DNA of 64,000 nucleotides from Euprymna scolopes (Eukaryota). The translations under genes and the position numbers were made by a program. Position 1 is the stretch's first letter; the number at the start of each line of letters is the position of its first letter. Below are positions 15,001-30,000 of the stretch, piece after piece. The DNA is taken from assembly GCA_053919585.1 (NCBI GenBank), contig CM132813.1; one strand, 5' to 3'. The notes beneath the pieces were generated by a model. It was not told the DNA's origin. It made no database searches and saw only the letters and a program-made list of their open reading frames with translations.

Positions 15001-18000
15001 TTCTAAATTAGACTGCATTCCCAAATCTAGATTTTCATTTCTAAATTAGACTGCATTCCCAATTCTAGATTTTCATTTCTAAATTAGACTGCATTCCCAA
15101 TTCTAGATTTTCATTTCTAAATTAGACTGCATTCCCAATTCTAGATTTTCATTTCTAGATTAGGCTGCATTCCCAATTCTAGATTTTCATTTCTAAATTA
15201 GACAGCATTCCCAATTCTAGATTTTCATTATTCATTAGACTGCATTCCCAATTCTAGATTTTCATTTCTAAATTAGACTGCATTCCCAATTCTAGATTTT
15301 CATTTCTAAATTAGACTGCATTCTCAATTCTAGATTTTCATTTCTAAATTAGACTGCATTCCCAATTCTAGATTTTCATTTCTAAATTAGACTGCATTCC
15401 CAATTCTAGATATTCATTTCTAAATTAGACTGCATTCCCAATTCTAGATTTTCATTTCTAAATTAGACTGCATTCCCAATTCTAGATTTTCATTTCTAGA
15501 TTAGGCTGCATTCCCAATTCTAGATTTTCATTTCTAAATTAGACTGCATTCCCAACTCTAGATTTTCATTATTCATTAGACTGCATTCCCAATTCTAGAT
15601 TTTCATTATTCATTAGACTGCATTCCCAATTCTAGATTTTCATTTCTAAATTAGACTGCATTCCCAATTCTAGATTTTCATTTCTAGATTAGGCTGCATT
15701 CCCAATTCTAGATTTTCATTTCTAAATTAGACAGCATTCCCAATTCTAGATTTTCATTATTCATTAGACTGCATTCCCAATTCTAGATTTTCATTTCTAA
15801 ATTAGACTGCATTCCCAATTCTAGATTTTCATTTCTAAATTAGACTGCATTCCCAATTCTAGATTTTCATTTCTAAATGAGACTGCATTCCCAATTCTAG
15901 ATTTTCATTTCTAAATTAGACTGCATTCCCAATTCTAGATTTTCATTTCTAAATTAGACTGCATTCCCAATTCTAGATTTTCATTTCTAGATTAGGCTGC
16001 ATTCCCAATTCTAGATTTTCATTTCTAAATTAGACAGCATTCCCAATTCTAGATTTTCATTATTCATTAGACTGCATTCCCAATTCTAGATTTTCATTTC
16101 TAAATTAGACTGCATTCCCAATTCTAGATTTTCATTTCTAAATTAGACTGCATTCCCAATTCTAGATTTTCATTTCTAAATTAGACTGCATTCCCAATTC
16201 TAGATTTTCATTTCTAGATTAGGCTGCATTCCCAATTCTAGATTTTCATTTCTAAATTAGACAGCATTCCCAATTCTAGATTTTCATTATTCATTAGACT
16301 GCATTCCCAATTCTAGATTTTCATTTCTAAATTAGACTGCATTCCCAATTCTAGATTTTCATTTCTAAATTAGACTGCATTCCCAATTCTAGATTTTCAT
16401 TTCTAAATTAGACTGCATTCCCAATTCTAGATTTTCATTTCTAAATTAGACTGCATTCCCAATTCTAGATTTTCATTTCTAAATTAGACTGCATTCCCAA
16501 TTCTAGATTTTCATTTCTAAATTAGACTGCATTCCCAATTCTAGATTTTCATTTCTAAATTAGACTGCATTCCCAATTCTAGATTTACATTTCTAAATTA
16601 GGCTGCATTCCCAATTCTAGATTTTCATTTCTAAATTAGACTGCATTCCCAATTCTAGATTTTCATTTCTAAATTAGACTGCATTCCCAATTCTAGATTT
16701 TCATTTTTAAATTAGACTGCATTCCCAATTCTAGATTTTCATTTCTAAATTAGACTGCATTCCCAATTCTAGATTTTCATTTCTAAATTAGACTGCATTC
16801 CCAATTCTAGATTTTCATTTCTAGATTAGGCTGCATTCCCAATTCTAGATTTTCATTTCTAAATTAGACAGCATTCCCAATTCTAGATTTTCATTATTCA
16901 TTAGACTGCATTCCCAATTCTAGATTTTCATTTCTAAATTAGACTGCATTCCCAATTCTAGATTTTCATTTCTAAATTAGACTGCATTCCCAATTCTAGA
17001 TTTTCATTTCTAAATTAGACTGCATTCCCAATTCTAGATTTTCATTTCTAAATTAGACTGCATTCCCAATTCTAGATATTCATTTCTAAATTAGACTGCA
17101 TTCCCAATTCTAGATTTTCATTTCTAAATTAGACTGCATTCCCAATTCTAGATTTTCATTTCTAGATTAGGCTGCATTCCCAATTCTAGATTTTCATTTC
17201 TAAATTAAACTGCATTCCCAACTCTAGATTTTCATTATTCATTAGACTGCATTCCCAATTCTAGATTTTCATTATTCATTAGACTGCATTCCCAATTCTA
17301 GATTTTCCTTTCTAAATTAGACTGCATTCCCAATTCTAGATTTTCATTTCTAAATTAGACTGCATTCCCAATTCTAGATTTTCATTTCTAAATTAGACTG
17401 CATTCCCAATTCTAGATTTTCATTTCTAGATTAGGCTGCATTCCCAATTCTAGATTTTCATTTCTAAATTAGACAGCATTCCCAATTCTAGATTTTCATT
17501 TCTAAATTAGACTGCATTCCCAATTCTAGATTTTCATTTCTAAATTAGACTGCATTCCCAATTCTAGATTTTCATTTCTAAATTAGACTGCATTCCCAAT
17601 TCTAGATTTTCATTTCTAAATTAGACTGCATTCCCAATTCTAGATTTTCATTTCTAGATTAGGCTGCATTCCCAATTCTAGATTTTCATTTCTAAATTAG
17701 ACAGCATTCCCAATTCTAGATTTTCATTATTCATTAGACTGCATTCCCAATTCTAGATTTTCATTTCTAAATTAGACTGCATTCCCAATTCTAGATTTTC
17801 ATTTCTAAATTAGACTGCATTCCCAATTCTAGATTTTCATTTCTAAATTAGACTGCATTCCCAATTCTAGATTTTCATTTCTAAATTAGACTGCATTCCC
17901 AATTCTAGATTTTAATTTCTAAATTAGACTGCATTCCCAATTCTAGGTTTTCATTTCTAAATTAGACTGCATTCCCAATTCTAGATTTTCATTTCTAAAT

Positions 18001-21000
18001 TAGACTGCATTCCCAATTCTAGATTTTCATTTCTAAATTAGGCTGCATTCCCAATTCTAGATTTTCATTTCTAAATTAGACTGCATTCCCAATTCTAGAT
18101 TTTCATTTCTAAATTAGACTGCATTCCCAATTCTAGATTTTCATTTCTAAATTAGACTGCATTCCCAATTCTAGATTTTCATTTCTAAATTAGACTGCAT
18201 TCCCAATTCTAGATTTTCATTTCTAAATTAGACTGCATCTCCAGTTCTAGATTTTCATTTCTAGAATAGGCTGCATTCCCAATTCTAGATTTTCATTTCT
18301 AAATTAGACAGCATTCCCAATTCTAGATTTTCATTATTCATTAGACTGCATTCCCAATTCTAGATTTTCATTTCTAAATTAGACTGCATTCCCAATTCTA
18401 GATTTTCATTTCTAAATTAGACTGCATTCCCAATTCTAGATTTTCATTTCTAAATTAGACTGCATTCCCAATTCTAGATATTCATTTCTAAATTAGACTG
18501 CATTCCCAATTCTAGATTTTCATTTCTAAATTAGACTGCATTCCCAATTCTAGATTTTCATTTCTAGATTAGGCTGCATTCCCAATTCTAGATTTTCATT
18601 TCTAAATTAGACTGCATTCCCAACTCTAGATTTTCATTATTCATTAGACTGCATTCCCAATTCTAGATTTTCATTATTCATTAGACTGCATTCCCAATTC
18701 TAGATTTTCATTTCTAAATTAGACTGCATTCCCAATTCTAGATTTTCATTTCTAAATTAGACTGCATTCCCAATTCTAGATTTTCATTTCTAGATTAGGC
18801 TGCATTCCCAATTCTAGATTTTCATTTCTAAATTAGACTGCATTCCCAATTCTAGATTTTCATTTCTAAATTAGACAGCATTCCCAATTCTAGATTTTCA
18901 TTTCTAAATTAGACTGCATTCCCAATTCTAGATTTTCATTTCTAAATTAGACTGCATTCCCAATTCTAGATTTTCATTTCTAAATTAGACTGCATTCCCA
19001 ATTCTAGATTTTCATTTCTAAATTAGACTGCATTCCCAATTCTAGATTTTCATTTCTAGATTAGGCTGCATTCCCAATTCTAGATTTTCATTTCTAAATT
19101 AGACAGCATTCCCAATTCTAGATTTTCATTATTCATTAGACTGCATTCCCAATTCTAGATTTTCATTTCTAAATTAGACTGCATTCCCAATTCTAGATTT
19201 TCATTTCTAAATTAGACTGCATTCCCAATTCTAGATTTTCATTTCTAAATTAGACTGCATTCCCAATTCTAGATATTCATTTCTAAATTAGACTGCATTC
19301 CCAATTCTAGATTTTCATTTCTAAATTAGACTGCATTCCCAATTCTAGATTTTCATTTCTAGATTAGGCTGCATTCCCAATTCTAGATTTTCATTTCTAA
19401 ATTAGACTGCATTCCCAACTCTAGATTTTCATTATTCATTAGACTGCATTCCCAATTCTAGATTTTCATTATTCATTAGACTGCATTCCCAATTCTAGAT
19501 TTTCATTTCTAAATTAGACTGCATTCCCAATTCTAGATTTTCATTTCTACATTAGACTGCATTCCCAATTCTAGATTTTCATTTCTAAATTAGACTGCAT
19601 TCTTAATTCTAGATTTTCATTTCTAGATTAGGCTGCATTCCCAATTCTAGATTTTCATTTCTAAATTAGACTGCATTCCCAACTCTAGATTTTCATTATT
19701 CATTAGACTGCATTCCCAATTCTAGATTTTCATTTCTAAATTAGACTGCATTCCCAATTCTAGATTTTCATTTCTAGATTAGACTGCATTCCCAACTCTA
19801 GATTTTCATTATTCATTAGACTGCATTCCCAATTCTAGATTTTCATTTCTAAATTAGACTGCATTCCCAATTCTAGATTTTCATTTCTAGATTAGACTGC
19901 ATTCCCAACTCTAGATTTTCATTATTCATTAGACTGCATTTCCAATTCTAGATTTTCATTTCTAAATTAGACTGCATTCCCAATTCTAGATTTTCATTTC
20001 TAAATTAGACTGCATTCCCAATTCTAGATTTTCATTATTCATTAGACTGCATTCCCAATTCTAGATTTTCATTTCTAGATTAGGCTGCATTTTCATTTCT
20101 AGATTAGACTGCATTCCCAATTCTAGATTTTCATTTCTAGATTAGACTGCATTCCCAATTCTAGATTTTCATTTCTAAATTAGACTGCATTCCCAATTCT
20201 AGATTTTCATTTCTTGATTAGACTGCATTCCCAATTCTAGATTTTCATTTCTAGATTAGACTGCATTCCCAACTCTAGATTTTCATTTCTAGATTAGACT
20301 GCATTCCCAATTCTAGATTTTCATTTCTAAATTAGACTGCATTCCCAATTCTTAATTTTCATTTCTAAATTAGACTGCATTCCCAATTCTAGATTTTCAT
20401 TTCTAAATTAGACTGCATTCCCAATTCTAGATTTTCATTTCTAAATTAGACTGCATTCCCAATTCTAGATTTTCATTTCTAAATTAGACTGCATTCCCAA
20501 TTCTAGATTTTCATTTCTAAATTAGACTGCATTCCCAATTCTAGATTTTCATTTCTAGATTAGGCTGCATTCCCAATTCTAGATTTTCATTTCTAAATTA
20601 GACAGCATTCCCAATTCTAGATTTTCATTATTCATTAGACTGCATTCCCAATTCTAGATTTTCATTTCTAAATTAGACTGCATTCCCAATTCTAGATGTT
20701 CATTTCTAAATTAGACTGCATTCCCAATTCTAGATTTTCATTTCTAGATTAGGCTTCATTCCCAATTCTAGATTTTCATTTCTAAATTAGACTGCATTCC
20801 CAATTCTAGATTTTCATTTCTTAATTAGACTGCATTCCCAATTCTAGATTTTCATTTCTAAATTAGACTGCATTCCCAATTCTAGATTTTCATTTCTAAA
20901 TTAGACTGCATTCCCAATTCTAGATTTTCATTTCTAGATTAGGCTGCATTCCCAATTCTAGATTTTCATTTCTAAATTAGACAGCATTCCCAATTCTAGA

Positions 21001-24000
21001 TTTTCATTATTCATTAGACTGCATTCCCAATTCTAGATATTCATTTCTAAATTAGACTGCATTCCCAATTCTAGATTTTCATTTCTAAATTAGACTGCAT
21101 TCCCCATTCTAGATTTTCATTTCTAGATTAGGCTGCATTCCCAATTCTAGATTTTCATTTCTAAATTAGACTGCATTCCCAATTCTAGATTTTCATTATT
21201 CATTAGACTGCATTCCCAATTCTAGATTTTCATTTCTAAATTAGACTGCATTCCCAATTCTAGATTTTCATTTCTAAATTAGACTGCATTCCCAATTCTA
21301 GATTTTCATTTCTAAATTAGACTGCATTCCCAATTCTAGATTTTCATTTCTAAATTAGACTGCATTCCCAATTCTAGATTTTCATTTCTAGATTAGGCTG
21401 CATTCCCAATTCTAGATTTTCATTTCTAAATTAGACAGCATTCCCAATTCTAGATTTTCATTATTCATTAGACTGCATTCCCAATTCTAGATTTTCATTT
21501 CTAAATTAGACTGCATTCCCAATTCTAGATTTTCATTTCTAAATTAGACTGCATTCCCAATTCTAGATTTTCATTTCTAGATTAGGCTGCATTCCCAATT
21601 CTAGATTTTCATTTCTAAATTAGACTGCATTCCCAATTCTAGATTTTCATTATTCATTAGACTGCATTCCCAATTCTAGATTTTCATTATTCATTAGACT
21701 GCATTCCCAATTCTAGATTTTCATTTCTAAATTAGACTGCATTCCCAATTCTAGATTTTCATTTCTAAATTAGACTGCATTCCCAATTCTAGATTTTCAT
21801 TTCTAAATTAGACTGCATTCCCAATTCTAGATTTTCATTTCTAGATTAGGCTGCATTCCCAATTCTAGATTTTCATTTCTTAATTAGACAGTATTCCCAA
21901 TTCTAGATTTTCATTATTCATTAGACTGCATTCCCAATTCTAGATTTTCATTTCTAAATTAGACTGCATTCCCAATTCTAGATTTTCATTTCTAAATTAG
22001 ACTGCATTCCCAATTCTAGATTTTCATTTCTAGATTAGGCTGCATTCCCAATTCTAGATTTTCATTTCTAAATTAGACTGCATTCCCAATTCTAGATTTT
22101 TATAATTCATTAGACTGCATTCCCAATTCTAGATTTTCATTATTCATTAGACTGCATTCCCAATTCTAGATTTTCATTATTCATTAGACTGCATTCCCAA
22201 TTCTAGATTTTCATTTCTAAAGTAGACTGCATTCCCAATTCTAGATTTTCATTTCTAAATTAGACTGCATTCCTAATTCTAGATTTTCATTTCTAGATTA
22301 GGCTGCATTCCCAATTCTAGATTTTCATTTCTAAATTAGACAGCATTCCCAATTCTAGATTTTCATTATTCATTAGACTGCATTCCCAATTCTAGATTTT
22401 CATTTCTAAATTAGACTGCATTCCCAATTCTAGATTTTCATTTCTAAATTAGACTGCATTCCCAATTCTAGATTTTCATTTCTAGATTAAGCTGCATTCC
22501 CAATTCTAGATTTTCATTTCTAAATTAGACTGCATTCCCAATTCTAGATTTTCATTATTCATTAGACTGCATTCCCAATTCTAGATTTTCATTTCTAGAT
22601 TAGACTGCATTCCCAATGCTAGATTTTCATTTCTAAATTAGACTGCATTCCCAATTATAGATTTTCATTTCTAAATTAGACTGCATTCCCAATTCTAGAT
22701 TTTCATTTCTAAATTAGACTGCATTCCCAATTCTAGATTTTCATTTCTAGATTAGGCTGCATTCCCAATTCTAGATTTTCATTTCTAAATTAGACAGCAT
22801 TCGCAATTCTAGATTTTCATTATTCATTAGACTGCATTCCCAATTCTAGATTTTCATTTCTAAATTAGACTGCATTCCCAATTCTAGATTTTCATTTCTA
22901 AATTAGACTGCATTCCCAATTCTAGATTTTCATTTCTAGATTAGGCTGCATTCCCAATTCTAGATTTTCATTTCTAAATTAGACTGCATTCCCAATTCTA
23001 GATTTTCATTATTCATTAGACTGCATTCCCAATTCTAGATTTTCATTATTCATTAGACTGCATTCCCAATTCTAGATTTTCATTTCTAAATTAGACTGCA
23101 TTCCCAATTCTAGATTTTCATTTCTAAATTAGACTGCATTCCCAATTCTAGATTTTCATTTCTAAATTAGACTGCATTCCCAATTCTAGATTTTCATTTC
23201 TAGATTAGGCTGCATTCCCAATTCTAGATTTTCATTTCTAAATTAGACAGCATTCCCAATTCTAGATTTTCATTATTCATTAGACTGCATTCCCAATTCT
23301 AGATTTTCATTTCTAAATTAGACTGCATTCCCAATTCTAGATTTTCATTTCTAAATTAGACTGCATTCCCAATTCTAGATTTTCATTTCTAGATTAGGCT
23401 GCATTCCCAATTCTAGATTTTCATTTCTAAATTAGACTGCATTCCCAATTCTAGATTTTCATTATTCATTAGACTGCATTCCCAATTCTAGATTTTCATT
23501 TCTAAATTAGACTGCATTCCCAATGCTAGATTTTCATTTCTAAATTAGACTGCATTCCCAATTCTAGATTTTCATTTCTAAATTAGACTGCATTCCCAAT
23601 TCTAGATTTTCATTTCTAGATTAGGCTGCATTCCCAATTCTAGATTTTCATTTCTAAATTAGACAGCATTCCCAATTCTAGATTTTAATTATTCATTAGA
23701 CTGCATTCCCAATTCTAGATTTTCATTTCTAAATTAGACAGCATTCCCAATTCTAGATTTTCATTTCTAAATTAGACTGCATTCCCAATTCTAGATTTTC
23801 ATTTCTAGATTAGGCTGCATTCCCAATTATAGATTTTCATTTCTAAATTAGACTGCATTCCCAATTCTAGATTTTCATTATTCATTAGACTGCATTCCCA
23901 ATTCTAGATTTTCATTTCTAAATTAGACTGCATTCCCAATTCTAGATTTTCATTTCTAAATTAGACTGCATTCCCAATTCTAGATTTTCATTTCTAAATT

Positions 24001-27000
24001 AGACTGCATTCCCAATTCTAGATTTTCATTTCTAAATTAGACTGCATTCCCAATTCTAGATTTTCATTTCTAGATTAGGCTGCATTCCCAATTCTAGATT
24101 TTCATTTCTAAATTAGACAGCATTCCCAATTCTAGATTTTCATTATTCATTAGACTGCATTCCCAATTCTAGATTTTCATTTCTAAATTAGACTGCATTC
24201 CCAATTCTAGATTTTCATTTCTAAATTAGACTGCATTCCCAATTCTAGATTGTCATTTCTAGATTAGGCTGCATTCCCAATTCTAGATTTTCATTTCTAA
24301 ATTAGACAGCATTCCCAATTCTAGATTTTCATTATTCATTAGACTGCATTCCCAATTCTAGATTTTCATTTCTAAATTAGACTGCATTCCCAATTCTAGA
24401 TTTTCATTTCTAAATTAGACTGCATTCCCAATTCTAGATTTTCATTTCTAAATTAGACTGCATTCCCAATTCTAGATTTTCATTTCTAAATTAGACTGCA
24501 TTCCCAATTCTAGATTTTCATTTCTAGATTAGGCTGCATTCCCAATTCTAGATTTTCATTTCTAAATTAGACAGCATTCCCAATTCTAGATTTTCATTAT
24601 TCATTAGACTGCATTCCCAATTCTAGATTTTCATTTCTAAATTAGACTGCATTCCCAATTCTAGATTTTCATTTCTAAATTAGACTGCATTCCCAATTCT
24701 AGATTTTCATTTCTAAATTAGACTGCATTCCCAATTCTAGATTTTCATTTCTAAATTAGACTGCATTCCCAATTCTAGATTTTAATTTCTAAATTAGACT
24801 GCATTCCCAATTCTAGATTTTCATTTCTAAAGTAGACTGCATTCCCAATTCTAGATTTTCATTTCTAAATTAGACTGCATTCCCAATTCTAGATTTTCAT
24901 TTCTAAATTAGGCTGCATTCCCAATTCTAGATTTTCATTTCTAAATTAGACTGCATTCCCAATTCTAGATTTTCATTTCTAAATTAGACTGCATTCCCAA
25001 TTCTAGATTTTCATTTCTAAATTAGACAGCATTCCCAATTCTAGATTTTCATTGCTAAATTAGCCTGCATTCCCAATTCTAGATTTTCATTTCTAAATTA
25101 GACTGCATTCCCAATTCTAGATTTTCATTTCTAGATTAGGCTGCATTCCCAATTCTAGATTTTCATTTCTAAATTAGACAGCATTCCCAATTCTAGATTT
25201 TCATTATTCATTAGACTGCATTCCCAATTCTAGATTTTCATTTCTAAATTAGACTGCATTCCCAATTCTAGATTTTCATTTCTAAATTAGACTGCATTCC
25301 CAATTCTAGATTTTCATTTCTAAATTAGACTGCATTCCCAATTCTAGATTTTCATTTCTAAATTAGACTGCATTCCCAATTCTAGATTTTCATTTCTAAA
25401 TTAGACTGCATTCCCAATTCTAGATTTTCATTTCTAGATTAGGCTGCATTCCCAATTCTAGATTTTCATTTCTAAATTAGACAGCATTCCCAATTCTAGA
25501 TTTTCATTATTCATTAGACTGCATTCCCAATGCTAGATTTTCATTTCTAAATTAGACTGCATTCCCAATTCTAGATTTTCATTTCTAAATTAGACTGCAT
25601 TCCCAATTCTAGATTTTCATTTCTAAATTAGACTGCATTCCCAATTCTAGATTTTCATTTCTAGATTAGGCTGCATTCCCAATTCTAGATTTTCATTTCT
25701 AAATTAGACAGCATTCCCAATTCTAGATTTTCATTATTCATTAGACTGCATTCCCAATTCTAGATTTTTATTTCTAAATTAGACTGCATTCCCAATTCTA
25801 GATTTTCATTTCTAAATTAGACTGCATTCCCAATTCTAGATTTTCATTTCTAAATTAGACTGCATTCCCAATTCTAGATTTTCATTTCTAGATTAGGCTG
25901 CATTCCCAATTCTAGATTTTCATTTCTAAATTAGACTGCATTCCCAATTCTAGATTTTCATTTCTAAATTAGACAGCATTCCCAATTCTAGATTTTCATT
26001 TCTAAATTAGACTGCATTCCCAATTCTAGATTTTTATTTCTAAATTAGACTGCATTCCCAATTCTAGATTTTCATTTCTAAATTAGACTGCATTCCCAAT
26101 TCTAGATTTTCATTTCTAAATTAGACTGCATTCCCAATTCTAGATTTTCATTTCTAGATTAGGCTGCATTCCCAATTCTAGATTTTCATTTCTAAATTAG
26201 ACAGCATTCCCAATTCTAGATTTTCATTATTCATTAGACTGCATTCCCAATTCTAGATTTTCATTTCTAAATTAGACTGCATTCCCAATTCTAGATTTTC
26301 ATTTCTTAATTAGACTGCATTCCCAATTCTAGATTTTCATTTCTAAATTAGACTGCATTCCCAATTCTAGATATTCATTTCTAAATTAGACTGCATTCCC
26401 AATTCTAGATTTTCATTTCTAAATTAGACTGCATTCCTAATTCTAGATTTTCATTTCTAGATTAGGCTGCATTCCCAATTCTAGATTTTCATTTCTAAAT
26501 TAGACTGCATTCCCAACTCTAGATTTTCATTATTCATTAGACTGCATTCCCAATTCTAGATTTTCATTATTCATTAGACTGCATTCCCAATTCTAGATTT
26601 TCATTTCTAAATTAGACTGCATTCCCAATTCTAGATTTTCATTTCTAAATTAGACTGCATTCCCAATTCTAGATTTTCATTTCTAAATTAGACTGCATTC
26701 CCAATTCTAGATTTTCATTTCTAGATTAGGCTGCATTCCCAATTCTAGATTTTCATTTCTAAATTAGACAGCATTCCCAATTCTAGATTTTCATTATTCA
26801 TTAGACTGCATTCCCAATTCTAGATTTTCATTTCTAAATTAGACTGCATTCCCAATTCTAGATTTTCATTTCTAAATTAGACTGCATTCCCAATTCTAGA
26901 TTTTCATTTCTAAATTAGACTGCATTCCCAATTCTAGATTTTCATTTCTAAATTAGACTGCATTCCCAATTCTAGATTTTCATTTCTAAATTAGACTGCA

Positions 27001-30000
27001 TTCCCAATTCTAGATTTTCATTTCTAGATTAGGCTGCATTCCCAATTCTAGATTTTCATTTCTAAATTAGACAGCATTCCCAATTCTAGATTTTCATTTC
27101 TAAATTAGACTGCATTCCCAATTCTAGATTTTCATTTCTAAATTAGACTGCATTCCCAATTCTAGATTTTCATTTCTAAATTAGACTGCATTCCCAATTC
27201 TAGATTTTCATTTCTAGATTAGACTGCATTCCCAATTCTAGATTTTCATTTCTAAATTAGACTGCATTCCCAATTCTAGATTTTCATTTCTAGATTAGAC
27301 TGCATTCCCAATTCTAGATTTTCATTTCTAAATTAGACTGCATTCCCAATTCTAGATTTTCATTTCTAGATTAGACTGCATTCCCAATTCTAGATTTTCA
27401 TTTCTAGATTAGACTGCATTCCCAATTCTAGATTTTCATTTCTAAATTAGACTGCATTCCCAATTCTAGATTTTCATTTCTAAATTAGACTGCATTCCCA
27501 ATTCTAAATTTTCATTTCTAAATTAGACTGCATTCCCAATTCTAGATTTTCATTTCTAGATTAGGCTGCATTCCCAATTCTAGATTTTCATTTCTAAATT
27601 AGACAGCGTTCCCAATTCTAGATTTTGATTATTCATTAGACTGCATTCCCAATTCTAGATTTTCATTTCTAAATTAGACTGCATTCCCAATTCTAGATTT
27701 TCATTTCTAAATTAGACTGCATTCCCAATTCTAGATTTTCATTTCTAAATTAGACTGCATTCCCAATTCTAGATAATCATTTCTAAATTAGACTGCATTC
27801 CCAATTCTAGATTTTCATTTCTAAATTAGACTGCATTCCCAATTCTAGATTTTCATTTCTAAATTAGACTGCATTCCCAATTCTAGATTTTCATTTCTAG
27901 ATTAGGCTGCATTCCCAATTCTAGATTTTCATTTCTAAATTAGACAGCATTCCCAATTCTAGATTTTCATTATTCATTAGACTGCATTCCCAATTCTAGA
28001 TTTTCATTTCTAAATTAGACTGCATTCCCAATTCTAGATTTTCATTTCTAAATTAGACTGCATTCCCAATTCTAGATTTTCATTTCTAAATTAGACTGCA
28101 TTCCCAATTCTAGATTTTCATTTCTAAATTAGACTGCATTCCCAATTCTAGATTTTAATTTCTAAATTAGACTGCATTCCCAATTCTAGATTTTCATTTC
28201 TAAAGTAGACTGCATTCCCAATTCTAGATTTTCATTTCTAAATTAGACTGCATTCCCAATTCTAGATTTTCATTTCTAAATAAGGCTGCATTCCCAATTC
28301 TAGATTTTCATTTCTAAATTAGACTGCATTCCCAATTCTAGATTTTCATTTCTAAATTAGACTGCATTCCCAATTCTAGATTTTCATTTCTAAATTAGAC
28401 AGCATTCCCAATTCTAGATTTTCATTGCTAAATTAGACTGCATTCCCAATTCTAGATTTTCATTTCTAAATTAGACTGCATTCCCAATTCTAGATTTTCA
28501 TTTCTAGATTAGGCTGCATTCCCAATTCTAGATTTTCATTTCTAAATTAGACAGCATTCCCAATTCTAGATTTTCATTATTCATTAGACTGCATTCCCAA
28601 TTCTAGATTTTCATTTCTAAATTAGACTGCATTCCCAATTCTAGATTTTCATTTCTAAATTAGACTGCATTCCCAATTCTAGATTTTCATTTCTAAATTA
28701 GACTGCATTCCCAATTCTAGATTTTCATTTCTAAATTAGACTGCATTCCCAATTCTAGATTTTCATTTCTAAATTAGACTGCATTCCCAATTCTAGATTT
28801 TCATTTCTAGATTAGGCTGCATTCCCAATTCTAGATTTTCATTTCTAAATTAGACAGCATTCCCAATTCTAGATTTTCATTATTCATTAGACTGCATTCC
28901 CAATGCTAGATTTTCATTTCTAAATTAGACTGCATTCCCAATTCTAGATTTTCATTTCTAAATTAGACTGCATTCCCAATTCTAGATTTTCATTTCTAAA
29001 TTAGACTGCATTCCCAATTCTAGATTTTCATTTCTAGATTAGGCTGCATTCCCAATTCTAGATTTTCATTTCTAAATTAGACAGCATTCCCAATTCTAGA
29101 TTTTCATTATTCATTAGACTGCATTCCCAATTCTAGATTTTCATTTCTAAATTAGACTGCATTCCCAATTCTAGATTTTCATTTCTAAATTAGACTGCAT
29201 TCCCAATTCTAGATTTTCATTTCTAAATTAGACTGCATTCCCAATTCTAGATTTTCATTTCTAGATTAGGCTGCATTCCCAATTCTAGATTTTCATTTCT
29301 AAATTAGACTGCATTCCCAATTCTAGATTTTCATTTCTAAATTAGACAGCATTCCCAATTCTAGATTTTCATTTCTAAATTAGACTGCATTCCCAATTCT
29401 AGATTTTTATTTCTAAATTAGACTGCATTCCCAATTCTAGATTTTCATTTCTAAATTAGACTGCATTCCCAATTCTAGATTTTCATTTCTAAATTAGACT
29501 GCATTCCCAATTCTAGATTTTCATTTCTAGATTAGGCTGCATTCCCAATTCTAGATTTTCATTTCTAAATTAGACAGCATTCCCAATTCTAGATTTTCAT
29601 TATTCATTAGACTGCATTCCCAATTCTAGATTTTCATTTCTAAATTAGACTGCATTCCCAATTCTAGATTTTCATTTCTTAATTAGACTGCATTCCCAAT
29701 TCTAGATTTTCATTTCTAAATTAGACTGCATTCCCAATTCTAGATATTCATTTCTAAATTAGACTGCATTCCCAATTCTAGATTTTCATTTCTAAATTAG
29801 ACTGCATTCCCAATTCTAGATTTTCATTTCTAGATTAGGCTGCATTCCCAATTCTAGATTTTCATTTCTAAATTAGACTGCATTCCCAACTCTAGATTTT
29901 CATTATTCATTAGACTGCATTCCCAATTCTAGATTTTCATTATTCATTAGACTGCATTCCCAATTCTAGATTTTCATTTCTAAATTAGACTGCATTCCCA

